Origin: a virus
Strand: one strand, 5' to 3'
DNA: 64,000 bases
IMG/VR virus record: IMGVR_UViG_3300045541_000131
Location: 64,001-128,000 of that record
Part shown: one piece after another, positions 18,801-26,547 of the stretch
Numbering within the stretch: position 1 is the stretch's first letter
Layout: each line of letters begins with the position of its first letter
The notes under the pieces: model-generated
The model's input: the letters and a program-made list of their open reading frames with translations, nothing else
The model's database searches: none
What the model was told of the DNA's origin: nothing
Made by a program: the position numbers and the translations under genes

Positions 18801-19116
18801 GGCAAGACCTAAGCCTACTATACTTTTAACTCATGTAGACCCTAGCACTTATAAAAGTGAAGAAATTCTAGAAGCTGAAGCCATCTATGCAGTTTTCTAT
18901 AAAGGACGACCATTTAATCTACGCAGTCATTTGAACAGTTTACAGGATTATCCTGGTCCTAAATATAAAAAGGTCAGTTTTAGTAATCCAGGTCATGCAT
19001 TCAATTTGATGGAAAAAATGAATAAACTATTCAAGTGTCAAGACTTTAGTGTTGTTGAGCTTACCGAAGGTGCTGTGGTTAATGAGTACGAGCTGGTCAA
19101 AAAATCAGAAAAGTAA
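18799..19116 (+). CDS. hypothetical protein
   Basis: Strong SD AGGAG; MARPKP...GPKYKKVSFSNPGHA. Confidence 0.7.
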   Translation: MARPKPTILLTHVDPSTYKSEEILEAEAIYAVFYKGRPFNLRSHLNSLQDYPGPKYKKVSFSNPGHAFNLMEKMNKLFKCQDFSVVELTEGAVVNEYELVKKSEK

Positions 19117-19423
19117 ACTGATCCTCCAAGAGATACAAAAGTCAGTGGATATTCCGCTGACTTTTTTTATGATTTTCAAGAACGAAAAAGGCACCAGATT
19201 TACTGGTACTGGCTTTGAACTAGCTAAATCTATTTGGAAAACTTATACAGTCAATCTGCCAGATAATTATCGCATACTAAATAGAACGCTGCTTATGCTG
19301 GACGATAGAATGGACTGGCCTTACTATCTCAGCAAGCGAAAACTAGTGCTATTCAGCGAGATAGATGCTTTCGAATTTACACTTTATCAAGGCGATATAA
19401 ATCAATGGGCCCGCAAGGATTAA
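19082..19423 (+). CDS. hypothetical protein
   Basis: Overlapping ORF in operon. Confidence 0.55.
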   Translation: MSTSWSKNQKSKLILQEIQKSVDIPLTFFMIFKNEKGTRFTGTGFELAKSIWKTYTVNLPDNYRILNRTLLMLDDRMDWPYYLSKRKLVLFSEIDAFEFTLYQGDINQWARKD

Positions 19424-20103
19424 AAGAACAACTGCTAGAACAAGGATTTGTTGTAGTAAAAAATACAATACCAAAGATCATCATTGATCATATTAACGAG
19501 CGTTGGTGGGAGCTAAGACCCGATCGTGGTCATGCTGTAGATAACAAATACTTTCCCAGAGGCAAAGTTCTTGAATGTCCGGAGTTTGCTTTGTGGTGGA
19601 GTCAACAGCTACACGATTGGATGGAAGTACAAGCAGTGGGAAGAATACTGCTAAATCATGTAGGACATTTATTTACAGATCCTGCGGTATATGTAGCAGA
19701 CATCATTACTAACACACCTAAAAACAAATACATCAAGCCCCACATCGACAGCCCGTATCGTTTTGATCGTTGGCACGAAAGGTTTGATCTGCTTGGTGTT
19801 CAATGTATTATTCCTCTTTGCGAGTTTACACAAGCCAACGGAGGAACAGGATTATTACCAGGTAGTCATAAAAAGAATTGGGTGGTACAAGATAGCTATC
19901 GCGGTGTTTATAATGAAGAATTTTTACAAGGTGTTGTGCAACCGCATATGATGCCAGGAGATGCATTAATTTATTTTCCCCGTGTTCTTCACAGTACCAT
20001 GCCCAATAATACTGAATACGATCGCAGGGCATTATTAGTACACATTACCAGCAAAGAAATGATTAACCAAATGAAATTGGTAGACAATATTTGGTTAGAA
20101 TAA
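19405..20103 (+). CDS. Phytanoyl-CoA dioxygenase-like 2OG-Fe(II) oxygenase
   Basis: PHID (HxD), NGGTGLLPGSH, PGD...LHS, RRALL. Confidence 0.85.
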   Translation: MGPQGLKEQLLEQGFVVVKNTIPKIIIDHINERWWELRPDRGHAVDNKYFPRGKVLECPEFALWWSQQLHDWMEVQAVGRILLNHVGHLFTDPAVYVADIITNTPKNKYIKPHIDSPYRFDRWHERFDLLGVQCIIPLCEFTQANGGTGLLPGSHKKNWVVQDSYRGVYNEEFLQGVVQPHMMPGDALIYFPRVLHSTMPNNTEYDRRALLVHITSKEMINQMKLVDNIWLE

Positions 20104-20193
20104 TCAAAAACCTGTCAACTGACTTGGTATCCTAGGCGTTAAATATATAAGCAAGTAAATTTACTTGCTGAGATTTCGTCAAAGGAGATAAAC

Positions 20194-20439
20194 ATGAAAT
20201 CACTTATCGCTATCGTTGCTGCTCTGGCCGTTGGTACTGCATTTGCTAATGCCCCTGCTAAAACTGAAGAAGTTAAGAAGCCTGCGGCTGCTACTACTCC
20301 AGCTCCTGCCACACCTAAGGAAATGCCTAAGGTAGAAAAGCCAAAGACCAAGGCTGAAAAGGAGGCTGAAAAGAAAGCTGCCACCAAAAGTGAGCCTGCT
20401 AAGGCAGAGCCCGCTAAAACCGAAGCTGCTAAGAAGTAA
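20194..20439 (+). CDS. secreted low-complexity Ala/Lys/Pro/Glu-rich protein
   Basis: Signal peptide MKSLIAIVAALAVGTAFA; repeated EPAK/AEK; SD AAGGAG. Confidence 0.75.
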   Translation: MKSLIAIVAALAVGTAFANAPAKTEEVKKPAAATTPAPATPKEMPKVEKPKTKAEKEAEKKAATKSEPAKAEPAKTEAAKK

Positions 20440-20662
20440 TCCGCATAGAGTTGCACTAGTTATCATTGATGGATTCGATCCATTAGAAATTGAAATAAAC
20501 GATGACTTTATCTATGTTGGATATACACGCCGGCCAGATGAGTTAGATTTTATTGCTGACAATGACGACGATGAACTCAGTGATTATGTAAAGCTAAGAC
20601 TTTTTCTCGCAAGAGAAATGGCACTTAGAGCATACAAAAGGAAACAAGAGGAAGCCGCTTAA
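20390..20662 (+). CDS. hypothetical acidic protein
   Basis: ORF ending at a terminator; start uncertain. Confidence 0.45.
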   Translation: MSLLRQSPLKPKLLRSNPHRVALVIIDGFDPLEIEINDDFIYVGYTRRPDELDFIADNDDDELSDYVKLRLFLAREMALRAYKRKQEEAA

Positions 20663-20676
20663 TGCGGCTTCTTTTT
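20651..20676 (+). terminator. Rho-independent terminator
   Basis: GAAGCCGC-TTAAT-GCGGCTTC followed by TTTTT. Confidence 0.8.
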
Positions 20677-20685
20677 GACAAAATT

Positions 20686-20862
20686 ATGATCCAGCATTAC
20701 ATCGTTCGCTATGATGATCACAAGGATCAATATTGCGTGTTAGAAGTTTTAGAGTGCGAATTAAAACTACATAGCATGTACAACACTCTTGCAGGAGCGA
20801 GATCCAATGCCGACAAACTCAATGAGCAATACCAAAAGTCTTTGGCAAGTCAACATCACTGA
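20686..20862 (+). CDS. hypothetical protein
   Basis: Short ORF downstream of the terminator. Confidence 0.45.
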   Translation: MIQHYIVRYDDHKDQYCVLEVLECELKLHSMYNTLAGARSNADKLNEQYQKSLASQHH

Positions 20863-20992
20863 TATTAACGGTCAAGTGGTTGAAGAAATAACTTTTGAAT
20901 TCCGTAAGGAAGCCGAGTTTTTTGCTCGACAATACAATCAGGATCCAGAACCAAACACCCAAGCTCAACTTCCTGTAGAAACCAAATATTGA
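20789..20992 (+). CDS. hypothetical protein
   Basis: Stop TGA lies inside the next -35 box; start uncertain. Confidence 0.5.
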   Translation: MQERDPMPTNSMSNTKSLWQVNITDINGQVVEEITFEFRKEAEFFARQYNQDPEPNTQAQLPVETKY

Positions 20993-21017
20993 CACAAATT
21001 GGTTTTGGTGCTACACT
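20989..21017 (+). promoter_or_regulatory. early sigma70-type promoter
   Basis: TTGACA-CAAATTGG...(17 nt)-TACACT. Confidence 0.75.
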
Positions 21018-21038
21018 AGCAAAATCGTAAACAAGGAG

Positions 21039-21248
21039 ATGGCTATGAGCCGTATGCGTGATTTGGTTATTGACATCCAAGATGCCATTGAGCAAGGCAG
21101 CGAATCCTTTGTGGAAATTGCCGAGCGTTTTAATGTGACATTCGCTGATGTCAAGGCCATTTCTGACGCCCTTGACGACTACTATGATATGCTGGCTCGT
21201 AGCCATACCGCAGTAGATGTGGGCTGTGAGTTTGATCCCAAATATTGA
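21039..21248 (+). CDS. hypothetical acidic early protein
   Basis: SD AAGGAG, has its own promoter. Confidence 0.65.
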   Translation: MAMSRMRDLVIDIQDAIEQGSESFVEIAERFNVTFADVKAISDALDDYYDMLARSHTAVDVGCEFDPKY

Positions 21249-21273
21249 CACTAAATTGGTTTGAGCTTACAAT
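21245..21273 (+). promoter_or_regulatory. early sigma70-type promoter
   Basis: TTGACA-CTAAATTGG...(17 nt)-TACAAT. Confidence 0.75.
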
Positions 21274-21303
21274 AGCATTATCGTGAACAAAACGGAGACC
21301 ACA

Positions 21304-21585
21304 ATGGCTACCGAAATCTATAATCAGTTGACCGAGCAGGAAAAGCGCGAAGTTCGCATGTATGGCTGTACCGTTGAGCAGATGCGTGAAGCGGTTGAAG
21401 ACAGCTTTACCTTTCGCTTCTCGGGTCCTGCTATGATGGCTGCTAGCCTTATGAGCGACTGCCAGGAGATGCTGGCACACGACAACGGTGGCACCTACGA
21501 CTTTATGGCAGTAGAAGATGTGCGTCAAACGCTGAATCGTGCTAAGTGGATTCTGTTCACTTATGTTATGGAAAAGCGAGCCTAA
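21304..21585 (+). CDS. hypothetical early protein
   Basis: SD GGAG before ATG 21304. Confidence 0.65.
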   Translation: MATEIYNQLTEQEKREVRMYGCTVEQMREAVEDSFTFRFSGPAMMAASLMSDCQEMLAHDNGGTYDFMAVEDVRQTLNRAKWILFTYVMEKRA

Positions 21586-21595
21586 AGAGACTGTT

Positions 21596-21844
21596 ATGCC
21601 CAGCATGAGTTATTGCCTCTGTGAGAATACCAGTGCCGACATGCAGGAAATTTTAAGCCGCATGTTTGACAATGGCGTCAAATATGTCAAGGGTATGAAT
21701 CGCTACGAGCGTGATGCCTACAACGAACTCTACGAGCAGTGCCGTGAGTTTATGGCTCAATACGAAGAAATTGAAGACAAGCAAATGGAGTCAAGAGATA
21801 CAGACTATCTGGATTCTGACACTCACTTAGAGCAAGTAGAATGA
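21596..21844 (+). CDS. hypothetical early protein
   Basis: MPSMSYCLCENT... acidic ORF. Confidence 0.6.
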   Translation: MPSMSYCLCENTSADMQEILSRMFDNGVKYVKGMNRYERDAYNELYEQCREFMAQYEEIEDKQMESRDTDYLDSDTHLEQVE

Positions 21845-22032
21845 ACGAACGAATTCTAGAACTTATCCGTGATGTAGGATTCACTAACAGTGATCTAGGT
21901 GATGGCAGAGATCAAATGTTGATTGAATTCGCCGAGTTGATTGTGCGAGAATGTGTAGGTATTGCTGATGAATACGATGGTGTTGGTTCTACTATTGTAA
22001 GCAGGATCAAACAACATTTCGGAGTTGAATGA
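21841..22032 (+). CDS. 'MNERI...FAELIVREC...HFGVE' family protein, copy 1
   Basis: Paralogous to the next two ORFs. Confidence 0.7.
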   Translation: MNERILELIRDVGFTNSDLGDGRDQMLIEFAELIVRECVGIADEYDGVGSTIVSRIKQHFGVE

Positions 22033-22367
22033 TGAACGAACGAATTAAAGAACTTGTTTTCCAGGCTGGATTCATTGGAGAAAGCATGAATCCTATTATT
22101 GGGACTAGTCAAGCAACGGCATTGGAAAATTTCGCCGAATTAATTATTAAAAAGTGCGTCACGATTGGCAACTATGCTTACGACGGCGGTGAATATCCTG
22201 GGACAATGATCAAAGAATATTTCGGAGTTGAAAAACTACCTGCTTGTAAACACGATTGGTATAGTGCCCGAAACCCAGTTATACAAAATGGCAGTATTTG
22301 CGTTATTTGTGGTGTTATCGATCCCAGAGAACCGGAGGAGTTAAATCGTGAACGAACGAATTCGTGA
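22029..22367 (+). CDS. 'MNERI' family protein, copy 2, with appended Cys/His Zn-ribbon-like tail
   Basis: MNERIKEL...FAELIIKKC...YFGVE followed by CKHDW...CVICG. Confidence 0.7.
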   Translation: MMNERIKELVFQAGFIGESMNPIIGTSQATALENFAELIIKKCVTIGNYAYDGGEYPGTMIKEYFGVEKLPACKHDWYSARNPVIQNGSICVICGVIDPREPEELNRERTNS

Positions 22368-22566
22368 ACTTGAGAAACAGGCGACGGAAACAGTGAAATG
22401 TGGTCTAAACGGTACTTCCACTACTGAAAGTTTTAATCGTAAAAAGTTTGCCGAGTTGATTGTCAGGGAATGTGCTAGTATTGATTTTAGACACAAAGTT
22501 GGATTGTCATCCGATGATGATTTTGAAATCAGTAAGGTTATTAAACAACATTTCGGAGTCAAATGA
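22348..22566 (+). CDS. 'MNERI' family protein, copy 3
   Basis: GTG start after SD GGAGG; FAELIVREC...IKQHFGVK. Confidence 0.7.
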   Translation: MNERIRELEKQATETVKCGLNGTSTTESFNRKKFAELIVRECASIDFRHKVGLSSDDDFEISKVIKQHFGVK

Positions 22567-22808
22567 TGATTAAGATTGACGGACTTACTCGCGAACAATG
22601 CGACATGTTGAACATTATTTGGGGTTTCAAGAGTCGGGAAGATTTTGAAGAATGGCAATTAGGCTTGCCCTTTGACCAACTGATGGTCAGTGCCGCACTG
22701 GTTGAATTGATTGCCCTTGCTATTTTGGAAGAAGACATGGGCGATAAATATCGAGCCGAAGCCCAAGCGGTTATCCAAAAGATTCAATCAAAATTTGACA
22801 CAAATTGA
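22563..22808 (+). CDS. hypothetical protein
   Basis: ATGA-coupled ORF. Confidence 0.6.
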   Translation: MMIKIDGLTREQCDMLNIIWGFKSREDFEEWQLGLPFDQLMVSAALVELIALAILEEDMGDKYRAEAQAVIQKIQSKFDTN

Positions 22809-22823
22809 ACAATCCACTATAAT
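22795..22823 (+). promoter_or_regulatory. early sigma70-type promoter
   Basis: TTGACA-CAAATTG...(17 nt)-TATAAT. Confidence 0.8.
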
Positions 22824-22832
22824 ACAAGAATT

Positions 22833-22988
22833 ATGAAACGAGAAGTTATCACTGTCCAAATCCCGCGCCAAAAGCGCCGTGCTGACTTCTTGTTCCATAA
22901 CGGTGCTTATCGCCCGCAGACTGTCAAAAGCCGGAAAGTCTACAACCGTAAACAAATGGCTAAACCGAATATTGACACAAATTGGTGA
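22833..22988 (+). CDS. 51-aa basic protein, possibly ArfA-like (absent from ORF track)
   Basis: MKREVITVQIPRQKRRADFLFHNGAYRPQTVKSRKVYNRKQMAKPNIDTNW*, directly after a perfect promoter. Confidence 0.55.
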   Translation: MKREVITVQIPRQKRRADFLFHNGAYRPQTVKSRKVYNRKQMAKPNIDTNW

Positions 22989-23001
22989 TAGGTACTATAA
23001 T
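22972..23001 (+). promoter_or_regulatory. early sigma70-type promoter
   Basis: TTGACA-CAAATTGG...(18 nt)-TATAAT. Confidence 0.75.
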
Positions 23002-23067
23002 AGAGGTATGATGAGCAATGGTGCTAATCATACATTTTTGACACACAGAGAGAAAGGTATTTTTATC

Positions 23068-23328
23068 ATGGCTACTTCTAAGACTTTTAAGGTTATCGGC
23101 ATTTCTACCCTCAAGGGTAAGACTAAGGTTCGTTATGCGAACGACTTGGCGACTCGTATCAAGAATCTGGTTAAGAACGGTCACACCGGTGTCGAGCTGT
23201 TCGAGCTGCCCGCTGCTATGACCAAGGAAGCAGGTCTCGCTTACGCTCGTGAGCAGAACCTGTTTGCTATCCCGGCAGACACTGATGTTTCTGCTGACGA
23301 AGTCGTTGCCGCCGCCCAAGGCGAGTAA
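23068..23328 (+). CDS. hypothetical early protein
   Basis: ATG 23068 after GAAAGG; followed by a GC-rich hairpin. Confidence 0.65.
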   Translation: MATSKTFKVIGISTLKGKTKVRYANDLATRIKNLVKNGHTGVELFELPAAMTKEAGLAYAREQNLFAIPADTDVSADEVVAAAQGE

Positions 23329-23339
23329 TCCTAACTAAG

Positions 23340-23368
23340 GCAGGGGCGCAATGCCCCTGCTGTTGTTT
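23340..23368 (+). terminator. probable terminator hairpin
   Basis: GCAGGGGC-GCAAT-GCCCCTGC then TGTTGTTT. Confidence 0.6.
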
Positions 23369-23373
23369 ATACT

Positions 23374-23514
23374 ATGGAAAACTTTCTTATCAGCGTTGAA
23401 CGCGAAGCCGATGGCTCTTATGTGGCTATCTTCTCCGATGGCCAAAGTGTGCCGCTCGATGCTCAAACTTATCACGATGCTGTTCTTGAAGCAGATCATC
23501 TCGAGGTTGCGTAA
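23374..23514 (+). CDS. 46-aa acidic hypothetical protein (absent from ORF track)
   Basis: MENFLISVEREADGSYVAIFSDGQSVPLDAQTYHDAVLEADHLEVA*, TAATG-coupled to 23514. Confidence 0.55.
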   Translation: MENFLISVEREADGSYVAIFSDGQSVPLDAQTYHDAVLEADHLEVA

Positions 23515-23813
23515 TGGGTAAAATCAATCAAGCCGGCAGGCACTACGAAGTTTTCGATCCCTTCAACAAGAAGCATCGACAAATCTTTCACGAAGCACTC
23601 AAGTACAAGACTTGGGGTCGCAGTCCTATTCGGTTCTGGTTGGACGAAACTACTGACAACCTCATGGACCAGTGTACCAAGAAGATTGCCAAATACTATC
23701 TTCTTAAAGAATTCGGTAAGTTGGAAAACGACGAACCTTTTGAAGGCGTTCGTATTCGCCCCAATCCCGATTCCGGCGCTGTGAAGCGCAGTCAATCTAT
23801 TGACAGTTTTTAA
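23514..23813 (+). CDS. hypothetical protein
   Basis: FDPFNKKHR...WGRSPIRF; coupled ORF. Confidence 0.6.
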   Translation: MGKINQAGRHYEVFDPFNKKHRQIFHEALKYKTWGRSPIRFWLDETTDNLMDQCTKKIAKYYLLKEFGKLENDEPFEGVRIRPNPDSGAVKRSQSIDSF

Positions 23814-23842
23814 TCGACACAAATTCCCGTTGGCACTATAAT
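23814..23842 (+). promoter_or_regulatory. early sigma70-type promoter
   Basis: TCGACA-CAAATT...(17 nt)-TATAAT; SD AAGGAG downstream. Confidence 0.7.
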
Positions 23843-23870
23843 ACGAGTATTGTTTAACAAGGAGCCCTAA

Positions 23871-24977
23871 ATGGCAAAGCAAGAGAAAATCGAAGGTCGC
23901 ACCGTTAAGATCAGCGAAGCGAAGCGTTATATCCGCAAGGCCTTTGCAGCCAAGCGTCCCGTGTTCCTGTGGGGAGCACCTGGCATCGGCAAGTCAGATA
24001 TTGCCGCTCAACTAGCAGAAGACATGGGCGGTGCCCTTGTTGATATTCGTCTTAACCTGTGGGAACCCACTGATATCAAGGGTATTCCGTTTTTTAACGC
24101 TAACTCCAGCAAGATGGAGTGGGCGCCACCCGCTGAACTGCCTACTGAAGAGTTTGCCAGTCAGTATCCTATCGTGGTTCTGTTCCTTGACGAACTGGCT
24201 AGTGCTCCGCCCGCTGTTCAAACTGCGGCTTATCAGCTGATTCTTAATCGCCGTGTTGGCACTTATAAGCTGCCTGACAATGTGGTTATGATGGCAGCAG
24301 GTAATCGAATGACCGACAAGGGTGTGACTTATCGCATGCCTACTCCGTTGGCTAATCGTTTCATGCACTTCGAACTTCGTGTGGACTTTGCTGACTGGAA
24401 CCTGTGGGCTCTGCAGAATCGTGTGCATCCCGATGTGGTTGGTTACTTGAACTGGGCTAAGAATGATCTCTACAATTTCGATCCTACTGTTCATGATCGT
24501 TCGTTCGCCACTCCGCGCTCGTGGAGTTTCGTGAGCGATGTTATTGACGACACTATGACCGAGAACGAGCAGACCGATATGGTTGCCTCCTGCATTGGCG
24601 AAGGTCTTGCTATCAAGTTTATGGCACATCGCAAGATTGCCGCCGACTTGCCTAACCCCAGCGATGTGCTAGCAGGTAAGGTCAAGGACCTTAAGGTCAA
24701 GGAAGTCAGTGCTATGTACTCGCTGACTACTAGTCTCTGCTACGAGCTCAAGGACGGCTACGAGAATGCCAAAAAGAGCGGCAAGTTGGATACATGGCAT
24801 AGCCAGTGCGAGAACTTTATCCAGTACATGATGGATAACTTCGAAGCCGAAATGGTTATCATGGGAGCTCATACTGCACTCAAGAACTACAACCTGCCGT
24901 TTGATCACAAGAAGCTCAAGAACTTCCCCGAGTTCTTCAAGCGGTACGCTCACTTGGTTGTTGATGTTAGTAACTAA
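23871..24977 (+). CDS. MoxR-like AAA+ ATPase
   Basis: Walker A GAPGIGKS, Walker B LFLDE, AAGN sensor, LANRF Arg finger, TPRSW. Confidence 0.92.
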   Translation: MAKQEKIEGRTVKISEAKRYIRKAFAAKRPVFLWGAPGIGKSDIAAQLAEDMGGALVDIRLNLWEPTDIKGIPFFNANSSKMEWAPPAELPTEEFASQYPIVVLFLDELASAPPAVQTAAYQLILNRRVGTYKLPDNVVMMAAGNRMTDKGVTYRMPTPLANRFMHFELRVDFADWNLWALQNRVHPDVVGYLNWAKNDLYNFDPTVHDRSFATPRSWSFVSDVIDDTMTENEQTDMVASCIGEGLAIKFMAHRKIAADLPNPSDVLAGKVKDLKVKEVSAMYSLTTSLCYELKDGYENAKKSGKLDTWHSQCENFIQYMMDNFEAEMVIMGAHTALKNYNLPFDHKKLKNFPEFFKRYAHLVVDVSN

Positions 24978-25299
24978 GACTGTACATGAAAAGGGATCTA
25001 AGATCCCTTTTTCTACGACTACACTTACCTTAGTCTACGGAGAAATTGAATATATCAGAAGTGTGTTCGGCACCGATGCTGTAACTAGATGGATGATTAT
25101 TGAATATTTCGAACAGGCTCGCGAAACATGGCATAAAGGTTCTTATGGCCGTGTCGCAAGTCTAGAAGACTTAAAAAAGTGGTGTCATACACAAGGCATA
25201 GGCAGACTACATTATTATGTACCGCCTGGTAGTCTGGATGTCTATTTCAAAGAAGGCCCGCATGTTTTCCTATTCAATTTGAAGTTTGGAATTAATTGA
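24901..25299 (+). CDS. hypothetical protein (true start probably downstream of 25012)
   Basis: Open frame ending in TGA inside the next -35 box. Confidence 0.4.
   Translation: MITRSSRTSPSSSSGTLTWLLMLVTKTVHEKGSKIPFSTTTLTLVYGEIEYIRSVFGTDAVTRWMIIEYFEQARETWHKGSYGRVASLEDLKKWCHTQGIGRLHYYVPPGSLDVYFKEGPHVFLFNLKFGIN
24989..25012 (+). terminator. terminator hairpin (possibly bidirectional)
   Basis: AAAAGGGATC-TAA-GATCCCTTTTT just after the ATPase stop. Confidence 0.7.
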
Positions 25300-25324
25300 C
25301 ACTTAATACCAAATGTCGTATAAT
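25296..25324 (+). promoter_or_regulatory. sigma70-type promoter
   Basis: TTGACA-17 nt-TATAAT; SD AAGGAG before 25351. Confidence 0.8.
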
Positions 25325-25350
25325 AAGTATATTACAAAGGAGTATTTGCA

Positions 25351-26547
25351 ATGAAACTAGATGTGCGTGATCGGCTTACTAAGGCCCGTGTTAAGATGCT
25401 ACTCAAGCATCCGTTCTGGGGTAACTTGGCTACCCGCTTGAAGTTGGTAGAAGCCAGCGACTGGTGCTCTACTGCCGCTACCGACGGTCGCCACTTTTAC
25501 TACTGCACTGATTTTATCAACAAGCTCGACGACGACGAGCTGGTGTTCTTGTTTGGTCACGAAGTAGGCCATTGCGTATTCAATCACATGACTCGTCGTG
25601 GCGAGCGTGATCCGCAAGTGTGGAACATGGCAGGTGACTATATTGTCAACGACATGCTACTGCAAAACAATGTAGGCAAGAGAATCACTACTGTTCCTAT
25701 TCTGCACGACATCAAGTACCGCGACATGGTCACCGAAGAAGTCTATGACGAGCTGATGAAGAACGCTGTCAAGATCCAAATGACCTTGGACATGCACATG
25801 GACGGCTCAGGCGAAGAAGGCGAAAAAAACGGCCTGGGCAGTGACGGCAAGTCTAAAAGCTCTAAGATCAAAATTGACGAAGAGACCGCTAAGAAGATTC
25901 GCGACGAACTCAAGGAGGCTGTACTGCAATCGGCACAGGCTGCTGGTGCTGGCAATACGCCCGCGGGCATCAAGCGACTGATCCAACAGTTTACCGCTCC
26001 CAAGATGCGTTGGCAAGACATCTTGCGTATTCAACTCGAGAGCAGTCTCAAGAATAACTATTCGTTCATGCGTCCCAGCCGCAAGGGTTGGCATACTGGT
26101 GCTGTTCTTCCTGGCATGTTGCCTGCTGAACACTTGGATGTTGCTATTGCGCTAGATGTGTCGGGCAGTATCAGCGAAGACATGATCCGCGACTTCCTCA
26201 GCGAAGTTAAGGGCATGATGGATATGTATACTACCTATGCCATTCATGTGTTCTGCTTTGATACTGCCGTTTACAATCCGGTTACCTTTACCGAAGACAG
26301 TGGCGATGACATTCACGACTACGAGCCCATGGGCGGCGGTGGCACTGACTTTGAGTGTGCCTTTAATTACATGAAGGAAGAAGGCATCGAGCCCAAGCAG
26401 TTCATCATGTTCACTGACGGCTACCCGTTCGGGTCATGGGGCGATGAAAAGTATTGTGACACCGTGTTTGTTATTCACGGCAATGACCAAATTGAAGCAC
26501 CGTTTGGCATCACTGCACACTACGAATACGAACCTAGTACAGTGTAA
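25351..26547 (+). CDS. Metallopeptidase-like plus VWA domain protein (DUF2201-type), partner of the AAA+ ATPase
   Basis: TAATDG, HEVGH (HExxH), MIDAS DVSGS, GGGTDF, FTDG. Confidence 0.88.
   Translation: MKLDVRDRLTKARVKMLLKHPFWGNLATRLKLVEASDWCSTAATDGRHFYYCTDFINKLDDDELVFLFGHEVGHCVFNHMTRRGERDPQVWNMAGDYIVNDMLLQNNVGKRITTVPILHDIKYRDMVTEEVYDELMKNAVKIQMTLDMHMDGSGEEGEKNGLGSDGKSKSSKIKIDEETAKKIRDELKEAVLQSAQAAGAGNTPAGIKRLIQQFTAPKMRWQDILRIQLESSLKNNYSFMRPSRKGWHTGAVLPGMLPAEHLDVAIALDVSGSISEDMIRDFLSEVKGMMDMYTTYAIHVFCFDTAVYNPVTFTEDSGDDIHDYEPMGGGGTDFECAFNYMKEEGIEPKQFIMFTDGYPFGSWGDEKYCDTVFVIHGNDQIEAPFGITAHYEYEPSTV

Noticed and set aside
21841-22566. CRISPR array or DGR template/variable repeats
   Set aside because: The repeats are degenerate, in-frame parts of paralogous ORFs, with no constant repeat-spacer period; no reverse transcriptase or cas gene is in the window.
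22879-23067. N-terminal extension of the ORF-track call 22879..23328
   Set aside because: It spans a promoter at 22972-23001 and overlaps a better ORF; the real start is likely ATG 23068.
24012-24629. Long antisense ORFs (this one, 3043..3456, 3176..3610, 17316..17735, 21151..21606 and similar)
   Set aside because: They are shadows of well-supported genes on the opposite strand, with no RBS or recognisable motifs.
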